Positions 31,046 through 40,225 of a DNA stretch of 64,000 bases are shown in pieces. The stretch spans positions 1-64,000 of the forward strand of contig JBFMGK010000073.1 in the NCBI GenBank assembly GCA_040752575.1. The letters are read 5' to 3'. The notes beneath the pieces are model-generated. The model was not told the DNA's origin. It searched no databases and was given only the letters and a program-made list of their open reading frames with translations. Every line of letters starts with the position of its first letter. Within the stretch, counting starts at the first letter, position 1. The stretch comes from Candidatus Bipolaricaulota bacterium. GTDB lineage: Bacteria > Bipolaricaulota > Bipolaricaulia > UBA7950 > UBA9294. Position numbers and translations under genes: made by a program.

Positions 31046-32332
31046 ATGAACCTTGACATCCGCAGGCTCGGAGCGGCAACCCGCCGCTCGCCGCTGGGGC
31101 TGTCCACGACGCGCGGCGACAGGATCTGCGACTTCGTCTCCGACGACGCGCGGGTGCTCTATGACGTCGCGGCTCCCGCGGCGCCGGGCAGCCCGTCGTT
31201 TGAGCGGGCCGGGCCGCGCGAGCGCATCTACTTCGATCCTGCAGCGCTTCGCGTCGGCATCGTGACCTGTGGCGGGCTCTGCCCCGGAACGAACAACGTT
31301 CTGCGCGCCGCCGTGATGGAACTGTGGTTCCACTATGGCGTGCGGTCGATCGTCGGCTTTCGGTACGGGTTTGCCGGTCTGGTCCCCCGGGCGATCGCCC
31401 CGGCCGAACTCTCACCCGACGTCGTCGACGAGATCCATCACCGCGGCGGGTCTCTCCTCGGCTCGTCGCGCGGCACCCAGGATCCCACGGAGATGATCGC
31501 GACGCTCGAGCGTGAAGGGATCGGAGTCCTTCTCGTCGTCGGGGGCGATGGAACGATGCGCGGCGCTCAGTCGATCGTCGACGAGGCGGATCGTCGAGGC
31601 CTGCCGCTCGCGGTGGTCGCCGTCCCCAAGACGATCGACAACGACATCCCGTTGGTCGAGCGAACGTTCGGTTTCGAGACCGCGTTCTCGGTCGCTGTCG
31701 ATGCAATTCGCGCAGCACACACGGAAGCCAAGGGCTACGACAACGGCGTCGGCCTGGTGAAGCTCATGGGGCGTCACTCCGGCGCCATCACGACGCATGC
31801 CGCGCTCGCCGAACCGGACGTGAACCTTGCGTTGATCCCTGAGGTGCCGTTCATCCTGGACGGAGAACGCAGCGTCGTCGCCTGGCTCGTCGAGCGTCTC
31901 GCGCGGCGACGCCACGCCGTCATCGTCGTCGCCGAAGGCGCAGGGCAGGACCTTCTTGGCGAGGACGACCTTGGGCGTGACGCGTCGGGGAATCTTCGGC
32001 TTGGCGACATCGGAGCCTTCCTGCGCGACCACCTCGCCGTCTCGTTGCGTGCCCGCGGAGTGAATGCTTCGGTGAAATACATCGACCCCAGCTACATGAT
32101 CCGCAGCGCGCCGGCGTCGCCCAACGACTCGATCTTCGCAGCGGACCTCGCTCGCTATGCCGTTCACGCCGCACTGAGCGGCCGGACCGCGATGGTCGTC
32201 GGGTTCTGGAACGGCCAGTTCACGCACGTGCCTCTCTCCGCATCGCTCGCGCTGACCAAGAGGGTCGACCCCGAGGGCGACCTTTGGCGTTCGGTGCTCG
32301 AGTCCACCGGGCAGCCGGCAGCGTGGGGCTGA
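31046..32332 (+). CDS. pfkA: ATP-dependent 6-phosphofructokinase (long, spirochete/trypanosome/plant-like clade)
   Basis: AGPRERIYF, TCGGLCPG, GGDG (Gly indicates ATP use), PKTIDND, KLMGR, YIDPSYMIRS. Confidence 0.9.
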   Translation: MNLDIRRLGAATRRSPLGLSTTRGDRICDFVSDDARVLYDVAAPAAPGSPSFERAGPRERIYFDPAALRVGIVTCGGLCPGTNNVLRAAVMELWFHYGVRSIVGFRYGFAGLVPRAIAPAELSPDVVDEIHHRGGSLLGSSRGTQDPTEMIATLEREGIGVLLVVGGDGTMRGAQSIVDEADRRGLPLAVVAVPKTIDNDIPLVERTFGFETAFSVAVDAIRAAHTEAKGYDNGVGLVKLMGRHSGAITTHAALAEPDVNLALIPEVPFILDGERSVVAWLVERLARRRHAVIVVAEGAGQDLLGEDDLGRDASGNLRLGDIGAFLRDHLAVSLRARGVNASVKYIDPSYMIRSAPASPNDSIFAADLARYAVHAALSGRTAMVVGFWNGQFTHVPLSASLALTKRVDPEGDLWRSVLESTGQPAAWG

Positions 32333-32752
32333 TGCAACCGGTGCGCAAGGCGTTTGCGTACGTCGCGCGCCCGCGAGCGCAGGCCACGAGCTGCTCGTCT
32401 TTCGGAGTCTCGACGAGCCGAAGGGCTTCGACGTTCCGAAGGGGGCGGCAAGACCCGACGAGACGTTCGAAGAGGCTGCACGCCGCGAACTCCTCGAGGA
32501 GTCGGGCGTGGAGGCTGCAAGGCCCCTCGGCGAGATCGGGACGGCATGGTTCGGGGACGAGAGACAAGCACCTCTTTCCCTTCGACGCACCGGACGGGCT
32601 GCCCGCCAGGTTCCGTCACACCGTCACCGGCGACGACCGCGATGCTGGCGACCGCTACGGCTTCGAGTTCCTGCCGATCGATGACGCGCTCGCGTCGCGG
32701 CGGGTCCAGGGATCGGATCAGGGCGTCGCTGCGCCGCCAACTCAGCGCGTGA
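32332..32752 (+). pseudogene. Frameshifted Nudix hydrolase
   Basis: Start MQPVRKAFAYV is in one frame, a perfect Nudix box GAARPDETFEEAARRELLEESGV (32442-32510) in a second. RHTVTGDDRDAG returns to the first frame and the likely end LRRQLSA* is in the third. Confidence 0.75.
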
Positions 32753-34850
32753 CCTCGTCGACCCACCGAGACAGGTCGGGCGGCGACGCCGTCCGCGCGA
32801 CGGCGTCGCGCCATCGTTCGGTTAGGTCTCCGAGTGACAGGTCGCTCCCCTCTCTCACGAAGAGCGGAAGGCGATGCAGAGGGGCATCGGCCGCCACGGT
32901 GCACGGGCCGAGGACGCGAACGCCCGTCCACGCGTCGATCCACGCCCCCTGCGGCACCAGCACGTCGACGCGATCGACTCCTCGTTCCCAGACAGGTCGG
33001 ACGAGCAGGTCGGGGCCAAGCAGGTACTGCTCGAAAGCATCGACGAAGCGCTCGTCATCCGGGTAGGCGACGATCAGGGGACGGACGATCGGCGTCCCGC
33101 GCTCGTGCGCCGCCTCCGCCGCGCGGTAGAGGTACTCGCCGAGGTCTGCGTGCAGGTTCGCGTACAGAGACCAGATCGCGATCAGCTCGGCGTCGTAGAC
33201 GATGCCGGACGGGTACCCTGACTCTGTCGCCTCGCCCGGGTGATCGTCGGGCAGCCACGACCACGGAGCGAGATTCGCCGTGGGGCCCACCTCCATGATC
33301 GGGCAGAAGGCAGAGAACGCCAGCCACCGCGCGAGCACCTCGCGCGGGGCACGCCGGTTGTAGCCTCCGGTGTCGGAGCCCCACAACGGCGTGTTGAGAA
33401 TCGCCGCCCGCTGAAGGGCAATGATGGCGGAGCGAAGGCCCCACTCGGATGGATCGGTGTCCCCGCCCCACGCCGCGGTCCACTGTGACATCCCGCTCCA
33501 CCCGGCACGGTAGATCGACACGAACTCGGGGCCGCCGAATGACGCTCCGGTGTCGAAAGCGGCGTGCGCGAACCAAAGCGGAAAAGCGTTGTGACCCTCG
33601 CGGTAGTCGGTGCCGTCGGAGTACGCACCGCGGAAGACCTGCCCGTCGGGCGGCTTCTCCTCGCCCCGATCGAGCTTGAACCCTGCGATGCCGGTTTCGA
33701 CGAGCGGCTGCAGCAGACTCATCCACCACGCGACCGCATCGGGATTCGTGAAGTCGATCAGCGCCGCTTCCGGCAGGTAGGGAAGCGCTTGCTGTACCGT
33801 GTAGCCGCGCGCAAGAGCCGTCTCGCGCTCGCCGTCCATGACCCACGGCCCGATCCACAGGAGGGTCTTTACACCGCGTCCGCCGAGCCACTCGACCATC
33901 TCGGCAAGTGCTGGGAACCTGTTCTCATCGAACGACAATCCCCCATACCCGAAGGTCCCCTCAGCCCACGGCCGATCGACGACGATCCACGAGCAGGGAA
34001 TGCCGAGGGCCTGCATCATCAGAGCGTCCTCCACGACCATGGAGTTGAACGGTCCGTCGTACGGCGTCCGGTCGTAGAAGCTGTCGAGATCCCAGCACTC
34101 GTCGCGCCACCTTCCGGGACCGAGGAGAAAGCGCGGCGGCAACAGCGGCATTCCGGTGATCCTCGCATACCGCTCGACGACCGCTAGCGGCTCGGGCCCT
34201 GGCAAGAGGAGGAGCTGGAGCGCCGGACCCTCGATCTCGATCTCGATCTGTGTCGGTCGCAGAGCCCCACGCGCATCGACGCCGAACCGGTACGTCCCAG
34301 GCCAAGAGCCCTCGACCCAGAGCCCCCACCCGGATGACGCGACGAAGAACGGCGCGTAGATCGATACCGTCGGCAGTGTGTAGAGATCGACGACCTGGCC
34401 GCGCAGGCTGAGCCCCGCGGTCATGCCCGGCTTCCACGAAAGCGACTGACTTCCTTGCACGACGCGCTCCATGAGTCCGTAGAAACCGTCTTTCGCTGAC
34501 ACGAGAAGCGTCACGCCAAGCTTCTCGAACTCGTCCTTCGGGGTGGCCGAGAAGCTGACGCGCGTTGATCCCTGAGGCCCTTCGCCCATCCGGACGGTCG
34601 CCGAACGTCCGTCGGACACGCGACAGCGCGCCTCGGCGCCGTCGGCCGAGATCTCGGCCGACGTCACCGTGAATCGCTCCGAACCGCGCACGACGTACAG
34701 CGCCGCGGAACCGGCGACGCGGAGCGATGGGAGCAGATCCTCGGCGAAGTCGATCCCAAAGGGGTCTATCACGAACACCCCGTGGGCCGGGGTTCTCATC
34801 GCTAGAGAGATCAGCGCGACCCCCACGAGGAACGTCACTCGGCGCACCAT
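32742..34850 (-). CDS. Secreted glycoside hydrolase family 31
   Basis: Signal peptide, FYGLME, GFKLDRGEE nucleophile region, WGGDT, WGSDTGGY, QYLLGPDLLVRPV. Confidence 0.88.
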   Translation of the reverse strand: MVRRVTFLVGVALISLAMRTPAHGVFVIDPFGIDFAEDLLPSLRVAGSAALYVVRGSERFTVTSAEISADGAEARCRVSDGRSATVRMGEGPQGSTRVSFSATPKDEFEKLGVTLLVSAKDGFYGLMERVVQGSQSLSWKPGMTAGLSLRGQVVDLYTLPTVSIYAPFFVASSGWGLWVEGSWPGTYRFGVDARGALRPTQIEIEIEGPALQLLLLPGPEPLAVVERYARITGMPLLPPRFLLGPGRWRDECWDLDSFYDRTPYDGPFNSMVVEDALMMQALGIPCSWIVVDRPWAEGTFGYGGLSFDENRFPALAEMVEWLGGRGVKTLLWIGPWVMDGERETALARGYTVQQALPYLPEAALIDFTNPDAVAWWMSLLQPLVETGIAGFKLDRGEEKPPDGQVFRGAYSDGTDYREGHNAFPLWFAHAAFDTGASFGGPEFVSIYRAGWSGMSQWTAAWGGDTDPSEWGLRSAIIALQRAAILNTPLWGSDTGGYNRRAPREVLARWLAFSAFCPIMEVGPTANLAPWSWLPDDHPGEATESGYPSGIVYDAELIAIWSLYANLHADLGEYLYRAAEAAHERGTPIVRPLIVAYPDDERFVDAFEQYLLGPDLLVRPVWERGVDRVDVLVPQGAWIDAWTGVRVLGPCTVAADAPLHRLPLFVREGSDLSLGDLTERWRDAVARTASPPDLSRWVDEVTR

Positions 34851-34873
34851 GGTTCCACCCCCTCTTGGCGAGC

Positions 34874-35803
34874 CTAACGACTTGCCGGTCTCCCGGCAAC
34901 GCGACGGCGGCGCTCGCCCGGCGAAGCCGCAAACTGGGAGAGAACCATCGCCGCCAGCATCAACCCGCCGCCGGCTAGGGATCTTGCCGAAAGGCGCTCG
35001 CCCAGCAGGAGCCATCCGCCGAGTGCAGCAAAGACGCCCTCAAGACTCAGCACCACGCCAGCAACGGCCGGTCCGACACGGCGCTGGCCCATGACCTGCA
35101 GCGTGTACGCCACGCCGACGGAGAGAACGCCCGCGTACGCGATCGCCACCCAACTTGCGGCGACCCCATCCCATGTCGTGGCCTCCAGGAACAGAGACGC
35201 CGTGAGGCTCAGCGCACCGCAGATCGAGAACTGCACAAGCGCAATGACGAGGGCTTCGGCGCGCGCGACGAGCCAGTCGATGACGTGAACGTGGACGGCC
35301 CAGGCCAGAGCGCCGAGGAGCACCCAGCCATCGCCGGGGGCCAGGCGCAAGGATCCGACGATGCTCAGGAAGTACAGACCCAGCGACGACAAGGGGACCG
35401 CAAGGGCCGTCACCCAACGCAGGCGCTGCCCGCGTGCTAACCCAAGAAGCGGCACGAGGACGACGTAGAGACCGGTGAGGAACCCCGCCTTCCCGGCGCT
35501 CGTCGAAACGAGCCCGATTTGCTGGAGGTTCGCCGCGACGGTCAGCACGAGTCCTGACCCGATCAGGCCGAGAACCGTCCGGCCCTGACCTCGCGTTCGC
35601 GCACACTCCGCCGGCCGCGGCGAGCGGAGAAGGAAGGGAATCAGAACCAAGGTTCCCAGCAGGAAGCGGACTCCGTTGAAAAAGAACGGGCCGACGTGGG
35701 CCATCCCCGACCGCTGCGCGACGAAGGCAAAGCCCCAGATCGCAGCGGCCAACAAGAGGAGGCCGCTCGCGCCCGCAGGAGGGTGTTGCCGTGCATCGTG
35801 CAT
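34874..35803 (-). CDS. DMT/EamA family transporter
   Basis: AAIWGFAFVAQ, about 10 TM helices in two EamA repeats. Confidence 0.9.
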   Translation of the reverse strand: MHDARQHPPAGASGLLLLAAAIWGFAFVAQRSGMAHVGPFFFNGVRFLLGTLVLIPFLLRSPRPAECARTRGQGRTVLGLIGSGLVLTVAANLQQIGLVSTSAGKAGFLTGLYVVLVPLLGLARGQRLRWVTALAVPLSSLGLYFLSIVGSLRLAPGDGWVLLGALAWAVHVHVIDWLVARAEALVIALVQFSICGALSLTASLFLEATTWDGVAASWVAIAYAGVLSVGVAYTLQVMGQRRVGPAVAGVVLSLEGVFAALGGWLLLGERLSARSLAGGGLMLAAMVLSQFAASPGERRRRVAGRPASR

Positions 35804-35932
35804 GGCCGCGATTCTACCGCGGCCGCCGCGCGACGCGTCGCGGAGCCCGGCAATTGCCCGCCGATCAGGGGACAGGCGACCTCGAACCCGGACGTTTCGA
35901 GCCTAGGGTGGTTCGGGGAACGGAGGTGTCGT

Positions 35933-36583
35933 GTGGCGTTTGACCTGGGAGTCCTGCTCAAGCTTCTCGTCTCGGTGATCTTGGGAGGCCTCGTGGGCCT
36001 CGAGCGGCAGGCCCATGGGCGGGCGGCAGGACTGCGGACGCACATCCTCGTCAGCCTCGGAGCGACGCTGACCATGATTGTGACCCAATCGTTCACGCAG
36101 GCCATTGATCCCGGGCGGGCCGTCGCCGGAATTCTGACCGGCATCGGCTTCCTCGGCGCGGGCGTCATCGTGAAGTCCAACGAGATCGTCCGCGGGCTCA
36201 CGACCGCGGCCTGCATCTGGTTCGTCGCCACGCTGGGAATCCTCGTCGGCCAAAGCATGCACGTCGTCGCCGCCCTCAGCACGGCACTGTCTCTCGCGAT
36301 TCTGACGCTCCTGTCGTGGTTCTCGAGCAAGATTCCGAGCGTCAGCTACCACACCGTGGTCGTGCGGTCCGCGACGCGAGACGTCGAGGCTCTCGACTCC
36401 AGTTGCCGCGAGATGTTCGCAGCTCAGGGCTTCCGGATCATCGCAGCGTCGAGTCGGCTTGCCGCTGATCCGGTCGCGATGGAACTGACATTCCGCCTGC
36501 GGACGCGCCACGTGCCCAACACCGTGAGGGCCTCGCGACCGCTCCTCGCGCTCCCCGGAGTTCGCTCCGTGGACTGGGACTAG
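35933..36583 (+). CDS. MgtC/SapB family membrane protein
   Basis: GLER...AGLRTH, GIGFLGAGVI, GLTTAA; C-terminal ACT-like region. Confidence 0.92.
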   Translation: MAFDLGVLLKLLVSVILGGLVGLERQAHGRAAGLRTHILVSLGATLTMIVTQSFTQAIDPGRAVAGILTGIGFLGAGVIVKSNEIVRGLTTAACIWFVATLGILVGQSMHVVAALSTALSLAILTLLSWFSSKIPSVSYHTVVVRSATRDVEALDSSCREMFAAQGFRIIAASSRLAADPVAMELTFRLRTRHVPNTVRASRPLLALPGVRSVDWD

Positions 36584-38979
36584 CTCGCCCGAGGTGCTGT
36601 ACTCCGGCGAGTGCGCCGTTTCCCCTTCTGGGGCGCTGGGTTGCGCGGCAGGCAGTACACCCAGTAGCGATGGCCCCCTGGCCGATCGTCCGCGGAGCTC
36701 TCGGAAGGCGTCCCCAGACCGTGAATCTCGTGAGTGAAGCCGGGGAAGCGGTCGTCAAACGCCTCGAGGCTCTGCAGGTAGTCGCAGACGGCGTCGTTGG
36801 CCTCCTCACCGGGCATCAACACCGGGATCCCCGGCGGATAGGGAACGAGCCCGACGGCCACAACGCGCCCGGCCAACTCGTCCAACGGAACGCGTTCGAT
36901 TTCGTTCTTGACCAGCGCGCGGTAGGCATCGCGTGCCGTTGCCCGCTGAATCGGCTGGTTCTCGTGAAGGCGAAGCGCCCTCTCTTTCTGGCAGAGTCCT
37001 TCGTCGCGGAGGTAGCCGTGCATCTCCAGACACAGGTCGCGGAGCGTGCGGTCGCCTCCGTAGCGATCGGGGTAGTACTCGACAAGCTCAGGAATCGCCT
37101 CGCTGAGGGGGGCGCCGGTATCATAGAGGTGCTTGAACTCGAATAGCGCACTGACGAGCGTGCCCCACTTCCCTTTCGTGATGCCGAGCGAGAACAGGAA
37201 GAGCACGGTGTAGTGGCCCGTCTTCTCGACGACGATCCCTTCCGAGTCCAGAAAGGCCGTCACGACGGGGGCCGGTATGCAAGCCTGGGCGCGTCCATTC
37301 GGCGACGGAGTAGCGGCCGGATCGTACAGCGAACCGTTCGGCGCGATCCCCGGTGTGATGAGCGTCACTTTGATCGGGTCGAGCATGCAGTACCCGGGAG
37401 CCAGGTCGCGGAAACCGTGCCACGCCGCTCCGGGCTCTAGGTGCCAGCACTCAGAACGCGAAGCCAGCGTCTCAGGGTCGGCGTCCTCGAATCGGACAAG
37501 GCCGCGCGGTGTGCGCACCTTGTCGGGCTGCCACACGTGGAACCACCAGTCGCGCTTCTCCTTGCGGTCGTGCTCCAGGCGTGCCATGACCTGGCGGAAG
37601 GCGACGGCTTCGTCGATGGACTCCTGCGTCAGGACGCGCCCCGTCCCGCCGGACATCATGGCCGCCGCGACGTCGTTGGAGGCGATGATCGCGTACTGCG
37701 GCGACGTGGAGCTGTGCATCATGTAGGCTTCGTTGAAACGGTCATGGCCGACAGGGGCACGCGGACTCGACTTGATGTGGATCATCGACGCCTGCGAGAG
37801 CGCCGCGAGGAGTTTGTGGGTCGATTGAGTCGCGAAGATCGTCGGCGCAGCCTCCCCGTCGACCGGGATCGCCATGGCGTAGCGGTCCTCGTAGAGCGGG
37901 TTGAAGCGGGCATACGCGTACCACGCTTCATCGAAGTGAATGCGCTTCGCGCCTCCGTCGATCTGCGTCAGGATCTGCTTGACGTCGTAGCACAAGCCGT
38001 CGTACGTCGAGTTGGTCAGGACCAGGAGCTCGGCCTCGACCGGCGTGGGCTCCTTGGGATCGAGCAGCGGGTGGCTCTGGATTCGGCGCACAACTTCCGC
38101 CCACGCAAGGCGCTGAGGCGGTACGGGGCCGATGATTCCGTAGTTGTTCGAGTCCGGGTGCAGGTACGTGGGGATGGCTCCAGACAAGCGGATCGCTTGC
38201 TCAACGGACTTGTGGCAGTTTCGATCGATGACGACGCTGTCCCCGCCGATCACGCAAGACTGGAAGACGATGCGGTTCGAGGTCGACGACCCATTCGTCA
38301 CGAAGTACGTCATGTCCGCCCCGAACACCATCGCCGCGTTGCGTTCGGCCTTGCCGACCGGTCCGCTGTGCTTGAGGAGCGATCCGAGCTCGCTCACGGA
38401 GACCGAGAGGTCGGAACGGAAAATCTGCTCGCCGAAGAAGCGGACGAACTCCTGTCCAACCGCGGACTTCAGGAAAGCCGTTCCCCCGCAGTGTCCCGGC
38501 GTGTGCCACGAGTACTCGTACTCCTCGGCGAAGCGGACCATCGCGCCGAAGAACGGCGGCAGAAGCAGGTTGGCGTACTTCTCGATCGCACTGGAGACGC
38601 GTCCGGCGACAAACGCCGCGGGGTCTTCGAGCTTCCAGATGTACTCGTCGATCTGCTCGACGATGAGCAGGTCGATGTCGCGAACCTCCGTGCGGTCGGC
38701 GAGAAGGAAGACGGGCAGGTACTCGCCGTGACTGCGCGCGGCCCGGATGAGCTGGCGCACCTCTTCGGGCTCGCTCGGATCCCATGCGACGAGCAAGCAC
38801 CCCAGATTGGGATTGGCTTCGATGAGCGCCTTCCCGTCCTCGACGTCGTGCGTCGCGTGGGTCGGGTACCCCAGTTGCTGGAGCGTGTCAGCGATCGCGC
38901 GAATCCGTTGGCTCGCGAAGGAAGGCTCGTCCCACGTCGGATCGACGATCACGACGGGGTACTTTGGACGTGTGTACAT
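36580..38979 (-). CDS. Wing-containing Orn/Lys/Arg decarboxylase (PLP fold type I)
   Basis: WHTPGH, VTNGSSTSN, DRNCHKS, HFDEAW, TQSTHKLL (PLP lysine), LDPIKVT, PYPPGIP. Confidence 0.93.
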   Translation of the reverse strand: MYTRPKYPVVIVDPTWDEPSFASQRIRAIADTLQQLGYPTHATHDVEDGKALIEANPNLGCLLVAWDPSEPEEVRQLIRAARSHGEYLPVFLLADRTEVRDIDLLIVEQIDEYIWKLEDPAAFVAGRVSSAIEKYANLLLPPFFGAMVRFAEEYEYSWHTPGHCGGTAFLKSAVGQEFVRFFGEQIFRSDLSVSVSELGSLLKHSGPVGKAERNAAMVFGADMTYFVTNGSSTSNRIVFQSCVIGGDSVVIDRNCHKSVEQAIRLSGAIPTYLHPDSNNYGIIGPVPPQRLAWAEVVRRIQSHPLLDPKEPTPVEAELLVLTNSTYDGLCYDVKQILTQIDGGAKRIHFDEAWYAYARFNPLYEDRYAMAIPVDGEAAPTIFATQSTHKLLAALSQASMIHIKSSPRAPVGHDRFNEAYMMHSSTSPQYAIIASNDVAAAMMSGGTGRVLTQESIDEAVAFRQVMARLEHDRKEKRDWWFHVWQPDKVRTPRGLVRFEDADPETLASRSECWHLEPGAAWHGFRDLAPGYCMLDPIKVTLITPGIAPNGSLYDPAATPSPNGRAQACIPAPVVTAFLDSEGIVVEKTGHYTVLFLFSLGITKGKWGTLVSALFEFKHLYDTGAPLSEAIPELVEYYPDRYGGDRTLRDLCLEMHGYLRDEGLCQKERALRLHENQPIQRATARDAYRALVKNEIERVPLDELAGRVVAVGLVPYPPGIPVLMPGEEANDAVCDYLQSLEAFDDRFPGFTHEIHGLGTPSESSADDRPGGHRYWVYCLPRNPAPQKGKRRTRRSTAPRAS

Positions 38980-39128
38980 CGGCCGCTGGATCACCTCCGG
39001 CCGCAGATAACGGCCACATGCCGGACCCACAGCGCAACGGGTTCTACGCTCGCGTACGGCACCGAGAGACACCCCCCGGAAGGCCCTCTTCCCCTCAAGC
39101 TCACCACGTTCTCCCCGGAGGACGCGAT

Positions 39129-39157
39129 ATCGTAGGGCCGGGCCCCACGCTCGTCAA
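39129..39157 (-). promoter_or_regulatory. Sigma70 promoter of the decarboxylase gene
   Basis: Minus strand TTGACG-17nt-TACGAT, about 150 nt upstream of the ATG. Confidence 0.65.
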
Positions 39158-39198
39158 CCGCAGTGCATCCCGGCTCTCGCTGTGCTACGCTCCAGGGC

Positions 39199-39894
39199 AT
39201 GGCGTTTCGGGGAGTTCTCGCCGCACTCTGTCTTGCCGGGCTCGCCGTGCTCGGCGGTTGTGCGCCGGGCGCCAACCTGTCTGCGGCGTTCAAGTATGCT
39301 CCCACGGCAGGTCCCTCGCCGCTTACGGTGACGTTCGACGCTACGAACGCGCCACGGGCGTCGACTCCCCAGATCTACTCCTGGGAGTTCGGCGATGGGG
39401 CGACCGCGATGGGCCCGCACGTCGCTCACACCTATGTCGTCGATCAGCAATGGGTTTTCACGGTTCGCTTGTCGGTCACCGACGGCTCCGGCCGGCTCGC
39501 GACCGCCTCGGCCGACGTGAGCGTGCTGCCTCCCGTTCCGCCACCGTCCGGTCCTGCCGTAGGCTTCACGTGGCCCTTTCACTACGACGCGGCCGGGGAC
39601 GACGCGGAGAACCTCAACGATGAGTACCTCACGCTGCTCAACGAGGAGGACCATCCGGTGGACCTGTCCGGCTGGACGATCGAGAACGAGCGCGGCGTCA
39701 CGTTCCGCTTCCCGCATGGCGCCATGCTTGCGTCACGGGCGACGATCACCGTTCACAGCGGCGGGGGAGCAGATTCCGAGACCGTCTTCTACTGGCGCGC
39801 CGGAGATCCCGTGTGGAGCGATCGAAGCGACCTCGCGATCCTGCGCGACGCGCAAGGCAACATCGTGGACGTCTACGCGTACATCTCCTGCTAA
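39199..39894 (+). CDS. Lipoprotein with PKD and lamin-tail domains
   Basis: Lipobox LGGC, PLTVTFDA...YSWEFGDG...HTY (PKD), NDEYLTLLN...VDLSGWTI (LTD). Confidence 0.85.
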   Translation: MAFRGVLAALCLAGLAVLGGCAPGANLSAAFKYAPTAGPSPLTVTFDATNAPRASTPQIYSWEFGDGATAMGPHVAHTYVVDQQWVFTVRLSVTDGSGRLATASADVSVLPPVPPPSGPAVGFTWPFHYDAAGDDAENLNDEYLTLLNEEDHPVDLSGWTIENERGVTFRFPHGAMLASRATITVHSGGGADSETVFYWRAGDPVWSDRSDLAILRDAQGNIVDVYAYISC

Positions 39895-39900
39895 GTACGG

Positions 39901-40224
39901 TCAGTCGCGGCGCTCCCACGCGCGCTGGGCGTTCTGCTCTTCTTTGTCCCGCAAGGCATCTCCGAGATCGACGCCGTAACGGTTCGCGATCGCCGCGAGG
40001 TAGATGAGCAGGTCCGCAAGTTCCTCGCCGATCGACGCCTCACGGGACGTGCGATCGACGGCCAGCCCCTCGGCCCGCCGCACGGCGCGATACAACTCGC
40101 CGACCTCCTCACCGAGCAGCAAGCACTTGTCGCGACCGCTCTGGTCAGCGAACCCACGTTCGCGCTCCATTCCGGCGACGTAGCACTGAACCTCGGAGAG
40201 CTTCGGGTCCTGAGAGATGGGCAC
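39901..40224 (-). CDS. MazG-like all-alpha NTP pyrophosphohydrolase
   Basis: LGEEVGEL...GEELADLLIY...ANRYGVDL; SD GGAGGAGG. Confidence 0.88.
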   Translation of the reverse strand: MPISQDPKLSEVQCYVAGMERERGFADQSGRDKCLLLGEEVGELYRAVRRAEGLAVDRTSREASIGEELADLLIYLAAIANRYGVDLGDALRDKEEQNAQRAWERRD

Positions 40225-40225
40225 G

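Noticed and set aside
37441..39135. Long antisense ORFs (e.g. 564 aa here, 433 aa at 272-1573, 464 aa at 27458-28852, 432 aa at 23012-24310)
   Set aside because: They lie opposite well-supported genes, show no motifs, and are expected from high-GC codon bias.
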